64,000 nt of DNA, taken from contig JAJEAV010000057.1 in the NCBI GenBank assembly GCA_022822625.1, forward strand, positions 8,561 to 72,560. The letters run 5' to 3'. Shown in pieces: positions 8,831-19,082 of the stretch. The notes under the pieces were generated by a model. It had not been told where the DNA came from. It saw only the letters and a program-made list of their open reading frames with translations, and did not search any database. Numbering within the stretch: the stretch's first letter is position 1; each line of letters starts with the position of its first letter. The translations under genes and the position numbers were made by a program. The DNA is from Gammaproteobacteria bacterium. GTDB taxonomy: Bacteria; Pseudomonadota; Gammaproteobacteria; Arenicellales; Poriferihabitantaceae.

Positions 8831-9072
8831 ATGAAATAACGCCTCAACAACAGACTCATCAACAATAGGGGACAAGTAGATACACAAAATCAAGGTTTTT
8901 GTTGCTATGGTACTGGGGTTCGCATTCCAAATACCGGGTAGTATTAACCCTTTAGTGCAAATTGATACGGTACGGCACCGAGAGTTTGAATCCCGCTTTG
9001 CCTGCATAGGAAACGGGTCGCCCACAAAACAATTACCTTGCATATTTAACATTTTGTGTTAGTATTGCTAGC

Positions 9073-10242
9073 ATGTATAAAAGAGAGCTTACACAAAAAA
9101 TCATCAAAAGTCTTGGGCAAAATCCGGCAGTGGCTATCCTTGGTCCGCGCCAGATTGGCAAGACAACGCTGGCGCATGAGATCGCCAAAGGACAGCCATC
9201 CATCCATTTGGACCTTGAGAACCCGGAGGATTTTCAAAAGCTCAAAGACCCTGCCCACTATCTGGATCTGCATGCAGATAAGCTGGTCATCCTTGATGAG
9301 GTTCAGCGCTACCCTGACCTGTTTATGTCACTGCGTGGCATTATTGATGCCAGACGGCGTGAAGGTCGTGGAAATGGACGTTTTCTGGTGTTGGGGTCAG
9401 CAACTAATGAGCTGTTAAAACAAAGCTCTGAGAGCCTTGCGGGCCGTATTCATTACTCTGAACTCACGGGCTTAAACCCTTTTGAAATTGAAGAGACATC
9501 CGGAGAGCCTTTACAAAAGCTCTGGATGCGCGGCGGGTTTCCTGACAGCTATGCCGCCGAAGATGATGCGGCAAGCCACCAGTGGCGTCAAAACTTTATC
9601 CGCACCTATCTGGAAAGAGACATCCCTCAGCTGGGACCAAGAATTCCAGCAGTTACATTGATGCGCTTTTGGACTATGCTTGCCCATACGCAGGGCGAGC
9701 TACTGAACGCATCAAAACTTGCAAGCTCGCTTGGTGTGGAGAGTGTCACCGTTAGCCGATATCTGGACCTCATGGTTGATTTATTATTGGTTCGCAGGCT
9801 GGAACCTTGGCACGGAAACGTTAAAAAACGGCTGGTGAAATCACCGCGCACCCATGTACGCGATAGCGGTCTTGTACATGCCTTGCTGCAAATCCCCAAT
9901 TACGAAGCTTTGCTGGGACATCCCATATTCGGCAAGAGCTGGGAGAGCTTTGTCATTGAAACCATTATTAATGCTTTGCCTTCAGGAACGCATCCGTTTT
10001 TCTACCGCACATCAGCTGGGGCAGAGATCGACTTGGTAATTGAGTTTGGACTTGATGACTATTGGGCTGTTGAGATTAAAGCAAGCCGCACTCCGACCTT
10101 GAAAAAAGGCTTTCACATGGCTTGTGATGATTTAAAGGTGAGGCGGAAGTTTGTTGTCTACACTGGCGACGATGCTTTCCCTAGCACCCACGATACAACC
10201 ATCCTGTCGCTGGCACATTTCATTGAAGAGCTCAGAATGTGA
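9073..10242 (+). CDS. AAA+ ATPase with C-terminal DUF4143-type domain (AAA_14/DUF4143 family)
   Basis: Walker A AILGPRQIGKTTLA and Walker B LVILDEVQ. The C-terminal half (FIRTYLERDI..., SRYLDLMVDLLLVRRLEPW..., KSPRTHVRDSGL) is typical of this widespread family. Confidence 0.8.
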   Translation: MYKRELTQKIIKSLGQNPAVAILGPRQIGKTTLAHEIAKGQPSIHLDLENPEDFQKLKDPAHYLDLHADKLVILDEVQRYPDLFMSLRGIIDARRREGRGNGRFLVLGSATNELLKQSSESLAGRIHYSELTGLNPFEIEETSGEPLQKLWMRGGFPDSYAAEDDAASHQWRQNFIRTYLERDIPQLGPRIPAVTLMRFWTMLAHTQGELLNASKLASSLGVESVTVSRYLDLMVDLLLVRRLEPWHGNVKKRLVKSPRTHVRDSGLVHALLQIPNYEALLGHPIFGKSWESFVIETIINALPSGTHPFFYRTSAGAEIDLVIEFGLDDYWAVEIKASRTPTLKKGFHMACDDLKVRRKFVVYTGDDAFPSTHDTTILSLAHFIEELRM

Positions 10243-10534
10243 ACGATAAAACAATCATCCTGATTGATGACAAATACCAGTCAGGCATAACAATTCCCCA
10301 ATTCGACTATGAAGTTACAACAAGCCGGTGCTCATGAAGTTTATGGGCTTATCTTTGTAAAAACATTGCGTGATACGGACAATGTATAGAGCATGAGTGA
10401 TTTGAATTTTGACAACAAATATATAATTCCCTTTTTATAGAAAGCAAGTCAATTGCAAACAGCAAAAAAGTCCGCAAATGCTGGGCTTTTGAGGCTATGC
10501 CATTTCTAGCATATGAAAGTTCGTTTGTAGTCAA

Positions 10535-10625
10535 TGGCGGAGAGGGCGGGATTCGAACCCGCGATACGCTATTAACGTATACACACTTTCCAGGCGTGCT
10601 CTTTAAACCGCTCAGACACCTCTCC
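10535..10625 (-). tRNA. tRNA-Ser (anticodon GGA), 91 nt including encoded CCA
   Basis: Reverse complement: GGAGAGGTGTCTGAGCGGTTTAAAGAGCACGCCTGGAAAGTGTGTATACGTTAATAGCGTATCGCGGGTTCGAATCCCGCCCTCTCCGCCA. It has a 7-bp acceptor stem, anticodon loop CTGGAAA, a long variable arm and T-loop GGTTCGAATCC. It is nearly collinear with E. coli tRNA-Ser(GGA) as I remember that sequence. Confidence 0.95.
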
Positions 10626-10739
10626 GATAGCTCGCTCACCCTCAATAAATCCAATATTGCTGAAAACAGATTGCAGTTAATGCCTCGGCAAAGAGTGAAC
10701 AAGCCCTATTACCTACATCTGCAAAACAAGATTCTGAAC

Positions 10740-10761
10740 CTGTACCTGGCCGGCCGTACAG
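10740..10761 (-). terminator. Candidate hairpin terminator downstream of ssb
   Basis: CTGTAC-CTGGCCGGCC-GTACAG palindrome 20 nt after the ssb stop. On the minus strand it is followed by GTTCAGAATCTTGTTTTG, only moderately T-rich. Confidence 0.35.
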
Positions 10762-10781
10762 TTCAAGCCGACATTTCCCAA

Positions 10782-11249
10782 TCAAAATGGGATGTCGTCG
10801 TCCAATGAATCCGTGGACCCGAATGACTCAAAGGAGGTATCTGGTTCAGGCTTTGAAGAAGACTTGCCAAACTCCGATTCATGGTCGGAATCGGGCGTAT
10901 GGCTTCTCTCCGACCGCGAACCCAGCATTTTCATCTCGGAAACAACAATATCCGTTGTATAGCGATCTTGTCCTTGTTGGTCCTGCCATTTATTGGTCTC
11001 CAACCTACCCTCAGCATAAATCTGGGATCCTTTTTGCAGGTATTTTTCAGCAATCTCCGCCGTCCTGCCAAAAAACTTGAGACGATGCCATTCTGTTTTT
11101 TCCTGATTTTCACCGGTTTGCTTATCCTTCCAAGTTCTGCTGGTTGCCAGACTTACCGACGCAATGGCCATTCCACTCGGGGAATAACGAACTTCAGGGT
11201 CACGACCGAGATTACCCACCAAAATAACCTTGTTAACTCCACTAGACAT
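10782..11249 (-). CDS. ssb: Single-stranded DNA-binding protein
   Basis: [26 protein letters not shown]... forms the OB fold. It has an acidic tail ending in DDDIPF. Confidence 0.95.
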   Translation of the reverse strand: MSSGVNKVILVGNLGRDPEVRYSPSGMAIASVSLATSRTWKDKQTGENQEKTEWHRLKFFGRTAEIAEKYLQKGSQIYAEGRLETNKWQDQQGQDRYTTDIVVSEMKMLGSRSERSHTPDSDHESEFGKSSSKPEPDTSFESFGSTDSLDDDIPF

Positions 11250-11257
11250 AAATCAAC

Positions 11258-12646
11258 TCACTTATTCAAAAGTTTGTGTAATTCCGAAGTCTGATATCGA
11301 CTCGGATCAATTTCAAGATAAGCCAGTGAACGATCACGCACAACCGTAACCGAATCGACACCGCTTAGTCCTTCTATTTTAGCAATAATATCCGCCGAGC
11401 AAGACTTATATGACGTGTCAAAATGCACTTCCAGAGTTTCTCGAAGTGATAACGTGGGCTGGAAGACCGAGAGCAGTAACCAGACCAGCGCAATAATGCT
11501 CAGGCACCAAAGTAATCCACCTTGTCCATATCCATCCAGTATGTAGCCGCCCATGGCACCACCGCAGAAAATCCCGATATACTGGAACGTGTTGTAGACA
11601 GACAAGGCCCCTCCCCGTCTGGAACTGCTGGTCATCCTTGAAGTTAGGGACGGCATCATGGACTCAAGCGCATTGAATCCGGTAAAGAATATTGCCAGCG
11701 CAACGACAATTCCAACCGGATAGGCATTGGCACCAACCGCCAACAATAGGAACCCTGACGCCACAACCAAAATGGCACAACGATAAAATAGCAGGATATT
11801 CTTCCCCACGGAACTTACCCGTATCGCCAGCAATAATCCAGGCACCGACAAGGCCAGTACCAGAAGATACATTTTCCAGTGATCATCGAGAGGCAGGAGA
11901 ATAATGTCCCTGAACAGGGATGGAACAAGCAGGAACAGTGCAGTCAGCGCCATGTGAGATAGGAAAATCCCGATATTCATATGCAAAAGCTGTGGATTAC
12001 GAAGGGACAGGGACAACTCGGTAACTACCGAATTTCCCCGGTGCTTCGGCACCTCCTTGCGCTTAAAGTCCGGCACCACGGTATACAAAATGACTATCGA
12101 CAAAACTGCCAGCCCGCAAATGCTCCAGAACATGCCGGGAACGCCAATCCAGCCCTGCAACACCGGTGCGATCAGTAACGATATAACAAAGGCTGCACCA
12201 ATGGACATTCCAATCAACGCCATTGCCTTGGTTCTTTGACTGCTACGAGTCAAATCCGAGGTTAAAGCCATTACTGCCGCAGATACGGCACCGGCACCCT
12301 GCAAGGCACGGCCCGCAATAAGCTCGTATATCGTGTCTGCAACACCCGCCAGACCACTTCCCAATGCGAAAATCACCAGACCAGTCGCAATCGTAAGTTT
12401 CGGATCAATACGTCCGTACAGCAGACCAAAGGGAATCTGCATCAGTGCCTGGGTCAATCCATAAACGCCCAGTGCCCAACCTGCAAGTAATGGAGTATTG
12501 CCAGGCAAGGTTTCAGAATAGAGCACCAGAATCGGCAGCAACATGAATAACCCGAACATCCGTAACGATATAATGCCGGACAACGCAAAAACAGCCCTTC
12601 TTTCATTGGGGAGCATCTTCGCAGCGATTCGATTGGCACTCTTCAT
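11258..12646 (-). CDS. MFS transporter with about 60-aa soluble C-terminal extension
   Basis: A 12-TM-like hydrophobic profile with MFS loop motifs (GRIDPK, GRALQGAGA). The uvrA / MFS-ssb arrangement is also seen in pseudomonads. The C-terminal tail (SCSADIIAKIEGLSGVDSVTVVRDRSLAYLEID) resembles an HMA/ferredoxin-like fold but lacks CxxC. Confidence 0.85.
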   Translation of the reverse strand: MKSANRIAAKMLPNERRAVFALSGIISLRMFGLFMLLPILVLYSETLPGNTPLLAGWALGVYGLTQALMQIPFGLLYGRIDPKLTIATGLVIFALGSGLAGVADTIYELIAGRALQGAGAVSAAVMALTSDLTRSSQRTKAMALIGMSIGAAFVISLLIAPVLQGWIGVPGMFWSICGLAVLSIVILYTVVPDFKRKEVPKHRGNSVVTELSLSLRNPQLLHMNIGIFLSHMALTALFLLVPSLFRDIILLPLDDHWKMYLLVLALSVPGLLLAIRVSSVGKNILLFYRCAILVVASGFLLLAVGANAYPVGIVVALAIFFTGFNALESMMPSLTSRMTSSSRRGGALSVYNTFQYIGIFCGGAMGGYILDGYGQGGLLWCLSIIALVWLLLSVFQPTLSLRETLEVHFDTSYKSCSADIIAKIEGLSGVDSVTVVRDRSLAYLEIDPSRYQTSELHKLLNK

Positions 12647-13049
12647 AATAGGTTGCAGTCTGCCGAATGGGTCTGTTCAGGATGTATCCGATATCTTTGG
12701 GCAAAACAGGCGAATCGGCGCCAGCATCAAAACGAAAGCTTCATGCCGGACATGCCAGATTGCGTACCCATGGCAGATATGCGGAGATATAGGTGCCTGA
12801 CATTCCAATACCTGACCATATTCAGGATAGATACCTCCCTGACGTCACTCTCTGGCTTCATGCATGCATTGAATCATTCCGACATACAGCCAGGATCGAT
12901 CTGACAGGAAGCCGTCAGATATCCATTCCGGAATTCATCGGGTGAAGAACCATCTGCAAAAACAGTAGGCAAAAAAAGAAAATCAGGTTGTCTGCACACT
13001 AGAGAAAATATTATAGTACAGGTTTATCTAATCCACTTGGACAACATTT

Positions 13050-15899
13050 GTGTCATTAACAACCATTAGGGTACGCGGTGCCCGAACACACAATCTCAAG
13101 TCTCTCGATATCGATATACCGAGAGACCAGCTGATTGTCATTACCGGTTTATCCGGATCAGGAAAATCATCATTGGCTTTTGACACCATCTATGCCGAAG
13201 GTCAACGCCGATACGTCGAATCCCTATCGACTTATGCAAGACAATTCCTCTCAGTCATGGAAAAACCCGATGTGGACACAATTGAGGGACTCTCTCCAGC
13301 CATCAGCATTGAGCAAAAGTCCACTTCGCACAATCCTCGCTCAACAGTTGGCACAGTCACGGAGATTCACGACTATCTACGTCTGCTTTTTGCAAGAGTC
13401 GGCGACCCTCGTTGCCCGGAACATGGAACTACTCTCGACGCACAGACAGTAACACAGATGGTGGATAACATCATGCGTCACCCAGAGTCATCGCGCATTA
13501 TGATTCTTGCTCCGGTAGTCAGCAACCGTAAAGGTGAATTTCAACACCTGTTTGGCGAACTATTCTCGCAAGGATATATCCGGGCTATCGTAGACGGAAT
13601 TGTTTCAAGTCTGGAAACGCCACCACAGCTGGACAAGAACCTCAATCATGATATCGATATAATCGTCGACCGACTGGTTGTAAAACCAGACAACAGGCAA
13701 CGTCTGGCAGAATCCCTGGAGTCCGCCATCAGTTTATCCGGGGGAACGGCAAAAATTGCCATCCTTGACGACGAACGCAATATCGTCTCTACCGAAGATT
13801 ACTCCAGTCTGTTTGCCTGCCCTCACTGCGGCTATAGCCTCGATGAACTGGAACCCCGGCTGTTCTCCTTCAATAGCCCGGTCGGGGCCTGTCGGGACTG
13901 CGATGGAATTGGAACAATAAGAATCGTTGATCCGGAAAAAGTCGTCAGGGATTCTCATCTCTCCATTACCCAGGGAGCGATACCGGGCTGGGACCCACGC
14001 TATGCCTTCTATCACGTAAAACTGGTTGAGATTGCGAAATATTACGGCTTCGATCTCGACCTGCCTTTCGAAAATCTGGAGAAGGAGTGGCAGGACATTA
14101 TCCTGTTTGGCAACAGGAACAGGGAAATCCAGTCCGCTGCTCGGGGTTACTCTTCAGGAAAACCTCCGGTATTTGAAGGGATTGTCAATAATCTGGAACG
14201 TCGCTACAACACGACTGACTCATCACATTCAAGAGAAGAACTTTCCCGATACATGAGCACGACAGTATGCAAAACCTGCAACGGTGCCAGGTTGAAACCC
14301 GGGCCACGCCATGTCTATATCGCAGATTCAAGCATTGACCAGATATCACACTTGCCGGTAAACGTTGCCCTTGAATTCTTCAGTAAATTGAAACTGGAAG
14401 GACGACGTGCCAAAATCGCCGAAAAAATTATCAAGGAAATCGTGGCACGCCTGGGGTTTCTGAACAATGTTGGCCTGAATTACCTGACGTTGTCGAGATC
14501 TGCAGAGACCCTTTCCGGTGGTGAAGCCCAGAGAATTCGTCTGGCCTCGCAGATAGGTTCCGGTCTGGTAGGTGTAATGTACATTCTTGATGAACCTTCA
14601 ATCGGTCTGCATCAGCGTGATAATGCCCGTCTTCTTGATACCCTGTTTCACCTTCGGGACCTGGGCAATACCGTGATTGTTGTCGAGCATGATGAAGAAG
14701 CAATCCGAAGCGCCGATTTCGTTATCGATATTGGACCGGGTGCAGGAAAGCATGGTGGGGCAGTTGTCGCCCAGGGCAAACCGAAGGACATCGTAGCTTG
14801 CAAACATTCCATCACCGGTCAATACCTCAGCGGCAAGACCAGCATTCCTGTACCAGTCCGTCGTCATTCAGCAAACATGGAGCGAATCCTGGAAATTTCC
14901 GGGGCATCGGGAAACAACCTTAAAAACATCACTGCCAAAATACCAATTGGTCTGCTCACCTGTGTAACCGGAGTATCTGGCTCCGGCAAGTCAACCCTGA
15001 TTAATAACACGCTGTATCCGGCGCTGGCGAAAAAGCTTCGCCTGAGTGCGTCCACTCCGGAACCTTATGCAAATATCTCGGGATTGGAACACCTTGACAA
15101 GGTTATCGTAATTGATCAAAGTCCCATTGGCCGCACGCCACGATCAAATCCAGCCACCTATACCGGACTCTTCACACCGATCAGGGAACTGTTTGCCGCC
15201 ACCCCGGAATCCAGAACCCGTGGATATAAAGTCGGACGGTTTTCATTTAACGTTCGGGGAGGACGTTGTGAAAGCTGCCAGGGAGACGGACTAATTCGCG
15301 TAGAAATGCATTTCCTGCCAGATATCTACGTGCCTTGCGATCTGTGCAAGGGCGAACGGTATAACCGTGAAACCCTTGAAATAAAGTACAAGGGGAAGAA
15401 CATCAGCGAAGTTCTCAAAATGACTGTCGAGGAAGCCTCCGAATTCTTCTCGGCGATTCCGGTCATCAGCAGGAAACTCGAAACACTTCTTGATGTAGGA
15501 CTGGGATATATCACCCTCGGCCAAAGCGCTATCACACTGTCAGGAGGGGAAGCGCAACGCGTCAAGCTTTCCAAGGAATTGTCCAAGCGCGATACCGGCC
15601 GAACCCTCTATATTCTGGATGAGCCGACTACCGGACTGCATTTTCAGGACGTCAGACAGCTGTTGAACGTTCTGCATCGCCTGCGCGATCAGGGGAATAC
15701 CGTCATTGTGATTGAACACAATCTCGATGTCATCAAGACCGCTGACTGGATTATTGATCTCGGGCCGGAAGGTGGCGACCAGGGCGGAGAAATCGTGGCA
15801 ATGGGGTCTCCAGAAAAAATCTGTCAGAGCAGGCAATCCTATACTGGCGAATTTCTGGTCAATCTCATCAATATGGGCCTGGGGTCGCAGATTGCCTGA
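13050..15899 (+). CDS. uvrA: Excinuclease ABC subunit A
   Basis: GTG start. Two ABC ATPase modules ([14 protein letters not shown] and [12 protein letters not shown]), LSGGEAQR signatures and zinc modules (CPHCGYS...CRDCDG; CESCQGDG). Confidence 0.97.
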   Translation: MSLTTIRVRGARTHNLKSLDIDIPRDQLIVITGLSGSGKSSLAFDTIYAEGQRRYVESLSTYARQFLSVMEKPDVDTIEGLSPAISIEQKSTSHNPRSTVGTVTEIHDYLRLLFARVGDPRCPEHGTTLDAQTVTQMVDNIMRHPESSRIMILAPVVSNRKGEFQHLFGELFSQGYIRAIVDGIVSSLETPPQLDKNLNHDIDIIVDRLVVKPDNRQRLAESLESAISLSGGTAKIAILDDERNIVSTEDYSSLFACPHCGYSLDELEPRLFSFNSPVGACRDCDGIGTIRIVDPEKVVRDSHLSITQGAIPGWDPRYAFYHVKLVEIAKYYGFDLDLPFENLEKEWQDIILFGNRNREIQSAARGYSSGKPPVFEGIVNNLERRYNTTDSSHSREELSRYMSTTVCKTCNGARLKPGPRHVYIADSSIDQISHLPVNVALEFFSKLKLEGRRAKIAEKIIKEIVARLGFLNNVGLNYLTLSRSAETLSGGEAQRIRLASQIGSGLVGVMYILDEPSIGLHQRDNARLLDTLFHLRDLGNTVIVVEHDEEAIRSADFVIDIGPGAGKHGGAVVAQGKPKDIVACKHSITGQYLSGKTSIPVPVRRHSANMERILEISGASGNNLKNITAKIPIGLLTCVTGVSGSGKSTLINNTLYPALAKKLRLSASTPEPYANISGLEHLDKVIVIDQSPIGRTPRSNPATYTGLFTPIRELFAATPESRTRGYKVGRFSFNVRGGRCESCQGDGLIRVEMHFLPDIYVPCDLCKGERYNRETLEIKYKGKNISEVLKMTVEEASEFFSAIPVISRKLETLLDVGLGYITLGQSAITLSGGEAQRVKLSKELSKRDTGRTLYILDEPTTGLHFQDVRQLLNVLHRLRDQGNTVIVIEHNLDVIKTADWIIDLGPEGGDQGGEIVAMGSPEKICQSRQSYTGEFLVNLINMGLGSQIA

Positions 15900-15947
15900 T
15901 ACAGGACATGCATTATTGGCGTCCGGCAATCACTCCATAACCCCCTC

Positions 15948-18098
15948 TCATTCCGTTCGGCGTACTCCCAGAATATCATGAATCGATTTCAGACCCTCTA
16001 ACACCGTCTTGTATCGAACACTTTCCGGCACCTCTAGTTCCATGCCCAGATACATGATTTTTTCCTGATCGTCGAAACGGGTGTCCACCTTCAATATCTC
16101 TATTTTTCTCGACTTCAGCCTCTCATGCACGTCGGATAGAAAATTCTCACGCTGGTAGGCAACTATCTCCACATCCAGTATATAAGCATCTCCGGATAGT
16201 TCCCCCCACTCTACTTCAATCAGGCGTTGCTTGCGAGACTCTGAAAGACGCGTCACATTCCCACAATCCTGCCGATGGACCGTGATCCCCTGTGTGGTCG
16301 TGATATAACCCACAATCCGTTCACGTGGTACGGGAGAGCAGCAATTCGCTGAACGCGCCATCAAGTTGCCTACACCTTGCACAACAAAGCGGCTCGGCTT
16401 GGTGCGATTGGACCTGCCTCTTGAACGTTTGGATATAAGCTGATCAGCAGCCTTTTTTTCAGAGTCAGTCCTAAATGGCTGTAAGGCCCTGCTGATTTTA
16501 TAATCACCCGTTGCAATAGCAGCAAACAGATCATCCACCTTTCGATAATGAGTATGCTGATTGATTTTTTCAAAGGACAAATCAGTAAGCCCCAGCTTGA
16601 CCAGTTCACGCTCAAGCAGGCCACGGCCAACCGAAACATTTCGGTCATATTCTTCATGCCTGAACCACTGAAGTATTCTTTGCCTTGCCCGACTGGTCTG
16701 AACATAGCCACGATCATTTCTCAACCAGTCAAGACTGGGACCTCCTGACTTCACTGTTTGAATGTGTATCCGATTGCCTGTCTTGAGCCGCTTGTGCAGG
16801 GTCACCATTTTGCCATCCACCAACGCTCCACGAGTTCGATGACCTATCTCAGAATGGATTGCATAGGCAAAATCAAGCGGGGTTGAACCTTGAGGCAAGT
16901 CAATAACCTTCCCTTGTGGCGTAAAGACATAGACCCGATCATCTTCATGAGGATTCGTGATTGAATCCCGAGGGAATTCCTCGCCCTGTTCGATATCCCC
17001 CACTGGCTCGACGATATATTTTTTCCATTCGAGCAGTTCACGCAACCAGATAATCTTGTTTTCAATGTTGACATCCTGCTCAATACCCTCTTTATATCGC
17101 CAATGCGCGGCAAGGCCCAACTCACTTTCCTGATGCATTTCAAAGGTGCGAATCTGTACTTCTACAGTCTTGTCCTGGGGGCCGGATATCACCGTATGTA
17201 TGGACCGATAACCGTTTTTTTTCGGCATTGCGATATAGTCCTTGAACCCATCTACATAATGCTGCCATCTACCATGCATATAACTCAAACACTGATAGCA
17301 TTCGTCAACGGTATTCACCAGAATACGAATTGCCCGAACATCCCATAACTGATCGAACCCTATATTCTTCTGGTTCATTTTTTTCCAGATGCTGTAGATA
17401 TGCTTGGGCCGGCTATACACCTTGACTTCAGAAACAATTTCGGACAACCCCGACTGGACTTCCTGCACAACATCGTCAAGAAACTGCTCTCTCTGTTTGC
17501 GCTTCTCATTCAACAGCCTTGCAAGTCGCTGGTAGGTTTCGGGCTGCGTGTTTCTGAAAGTCAAATCCTCTAGCTGCCACTTCAGCTCAAATATCCCCAT
17601 CCTGTTGGCCAGCGGCGCATAGATTTCCCTTGTAGCATGAACCAGTTGCCGATAGTCCTCTTCGTCTTCACCTTCGCCCAGTTTGAGCTTGGCCAATTGC
17701 AGGGACAGACCTATCAACACAACCCGTCCATCATCAACCATGGCGATCAGCATCTTGCGCAGATTTTCCTCAATCGGCCGATAATCATCCCTCGATGAAG
17801 ATTGAACGGGCCGGGCTACTGACAGGCTATTCAGAAACATCGAATTCTTGTACAAATCCAGTAGCGAACTCCTCACAGTCATGACAAGTTGTTCGTATTC
17901 CCTTTCCTGAATCTCACCAATCGAGGCCAGATAACCCGCAGATACCGTTAATGGTCCTGCACCAATGTCAGTCAGGATAGACGCTGTCAGATCTCCAAGT
18001 TCACGACGGGAATCGCTATAACTGGAGAATATCCCGCGAATCGATTCGAGATCAACTGATCCATGATCGCTGTTCCTTGTATCGAGATATGCTGACAT
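15948..18098 (-). CDS. relA: RelA/SpoT-family (p)ppGpp synthetase (RelA-like)
   Basis: Synthetase-domain motifs (RPKHIYSIWKKM, YRSIHTVI...EVQIRT), a TGS region (VYVFTPQGKVIDLPQGSTPLDFAY) and a C-terminal ACT-like domain. Length is 716 aa. Confidence 0.9.
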   Translation of the reverse strand: MSAYLDTRNSDHGSVDLESIRGIFSSYSDSRRELGDLTASILTDIGAGPLTVSAGYLASIGEIQEREYEQLVMTVRSSLLDLYKNSMFLNSLSVARPVQSSSRDDYRPIEENLRKMLIAMVDDGRVVLIGLSLQLAKLKLGEGEDEEDYRQLVHATREIYAPLANRMGIFELKWQLEDLTFRNTQPETYQRLARLLNEKRKQREQFLDDVVQEVQSGLSEIVSEVKVYSRPKHIYSIWKKMNQKNIGFDQLWDVRAIRILVNTVDECYQCLSYMHGRWQHYVDGFKDYIAMPKKNGYRSIHTVISGPQDKTVEVQIRTFEMHQESELGLAAHWRYKEGIEQDVNIENKIIWLRELLEWKKYIVEPVGDIEQGEEFPRDSITNPHEDDRVYVFTPQGKVIDLPQGSTPLDFAYAIHSEIGHRTRGALVDGKMVTLHKRLKTGNRIHIQTVKSGGPSLDWLRNDRGYVQTSRARQRILQWFRHEEYDRNVSVGRGLLERELVKLGLTDLSFEKINQHTHYRKVDDLFAAIATGDYKISRALQPFRTDSEKKAADQLISKRSRGRSNRTKPSRFVVQGVGNLMARSANCCSPVPRERIVGYITTTQGITVHRQDCGNVTRLSESRKQRLIEVEWGELSGDAYILDVEIVAYQRENFLSDVHERLKSRKIEILKVDTRFDDQEKIMYLGMELEVPESVRYKTVLEGLKSIHDILGVRRTE

Positions 18099-18167
18099 AT
18101 AACTGACTCCGGCTTATTCCATGCTGATGGTTAATATGAATACCCGAAAGAAACTCTAAACCAGGCA

Positions 18168-19082
18168 TCAACCTCTGGGATGATGCACTTGATGCAGTTT
18201 CTGGATTCTAGCCCGGGCTACATGGGTATAGATTTGGGTTGTGGACAGATTTGAATGTCCAAGCATCATTTGTACGCTCCTTAAATCAGCACCATGATTC
18301 AGCAAATGGGTTGCAAAGGCATGTCGTAGAGTATGCGGTGATACCGTTGACTTGATTCCACAGAGCACCGCATACTTGTTGATTTTCTGCCAAAAGCCCT
18401 GCCTGGTCATGGCCTTGCCCTGATTGCCCGGAAACAGGTCGTTGCTGATGTGTTTTTTCAGCAACTGATCCCTTGCCTCCTCCATGTAGACTCGTATCCA
18501 TCCTGTCGCATGTTCGCCCAGAGGTACAAGCCGTTGCTTGTTGCCCTTTCCGGTCACCTTGCACACCCCGACTACGAGATCAACCTGATTGACCCTGAGG
18601 CCGACTAGCTCGCTTACTCGCATACCGGTTGAATACAGTGTCTCGATCATTGCTCGATCACGAAGGCCATTCGGTGTTTTGCAATCAGGTGTTTCAATCA
18701 ATTTGGAAATCTCACTCTCTGATATGGTCCTGGGCAGGCTCTTTGGCAATGACGGCGCAAACCCTTTCGCACAAGGGTCTTCCTCAATGATCTTCTCTCG
18801 AATCAAATAACGGTAAAACCGCTTGAGACTCGAGAGCGACCTTGCTGCAGAGCGAACTGAATACTGCCTGGACCGATGAGCAATATAATCCATAATGGCC
18901 GGAGCAGGCGGCGAGACCGGATTGATATGCTGGGCATCCGCCCATTTGGCAAACAATACAAGATCTCGCCGGTAGGCAGCAAGCGTATTGTCGCTAAGTC
19001 CCGACTCAAGCCAGACAGCATCAAGAAACCGCTCTATCTGCACATTGAACTGATCAACAAGTGCGTTTGCTGAATCGCTCAA
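18168..19082 (-). CDS. xerD: Site-specific tyrosine recombinase XerD
   Basis: FLDAVWLESGLSDNTLAAYRRDL..., then RDRAMIETLYSTGMRVSELVGL and HTLRHAFATHLLNHGADLRSVQMMLGHSNLSTTQIYTHV (the R..H-x-x-R..Y catalytic set). Confidence 0.9.
   Translation of the reverse strand: MSDSANALVDQFNVQIERFLDAVWLESGLSDNTLAAYRRDLVLFAKWADAQHINPVSPPAPAIMDYIAHRSRQYSVRSAARSLSSLKRFYRYLIREKIIEEDPCAKGFAPSLPKSLPRTISESEISKLIETPDCKTPNGLRDRAMIETLYSTGMRVSELVGLRVNQVDLVVGVCKVTGKGNKQRLVPLGEHATGWIRVYMEEARDQLLKKHISNDLFPGNQGKAMTRQGFWQKINKYAVLCGIKSTVSPHTLRHAFATHLLNHGADLRSVQMMLGHSNLSTTQIYTHVARARIQKLHQVHHPRG

Noticed and set aside
7540-8839. Many 60-185-aa ORFs on both strands inside the GC-rich block (e.g. 7540..8097, 8134..8445, 8464..8817)
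   Set aside because: The plus-strand ones are successive frame fragments of a single degraded IS66-family transposase. The minus-strand ones are artefacts of high-GC open frames. None is an independent gene.
8984-8996. GTTTGAATCCCGC, resembling a tRNA T-arm/3' fragment (possible att remnant) next to the IS66 debris
   Set aside because: Only about 13 nt resemble a T-loop, with one mismatch to the tRNA-Ser T-arm. No complementary stem, acceptor arm or full cloverleaf can be drawn, and the orientation is opposite to the resident tRNA-Ser. This is too weak to call.
12647-13049. LexA/SOS box expected in the divergent uvrA / MFS-ssb promoter region
   Set aside because: I found no CTGT-N8-ACAG-type palindrome. 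Only a CTGAC-N8-GTCAG palindrome (12901..12918) and isolated ACAGTA half-sites are present. I cannot call an SOS box without a clade-specific motif.
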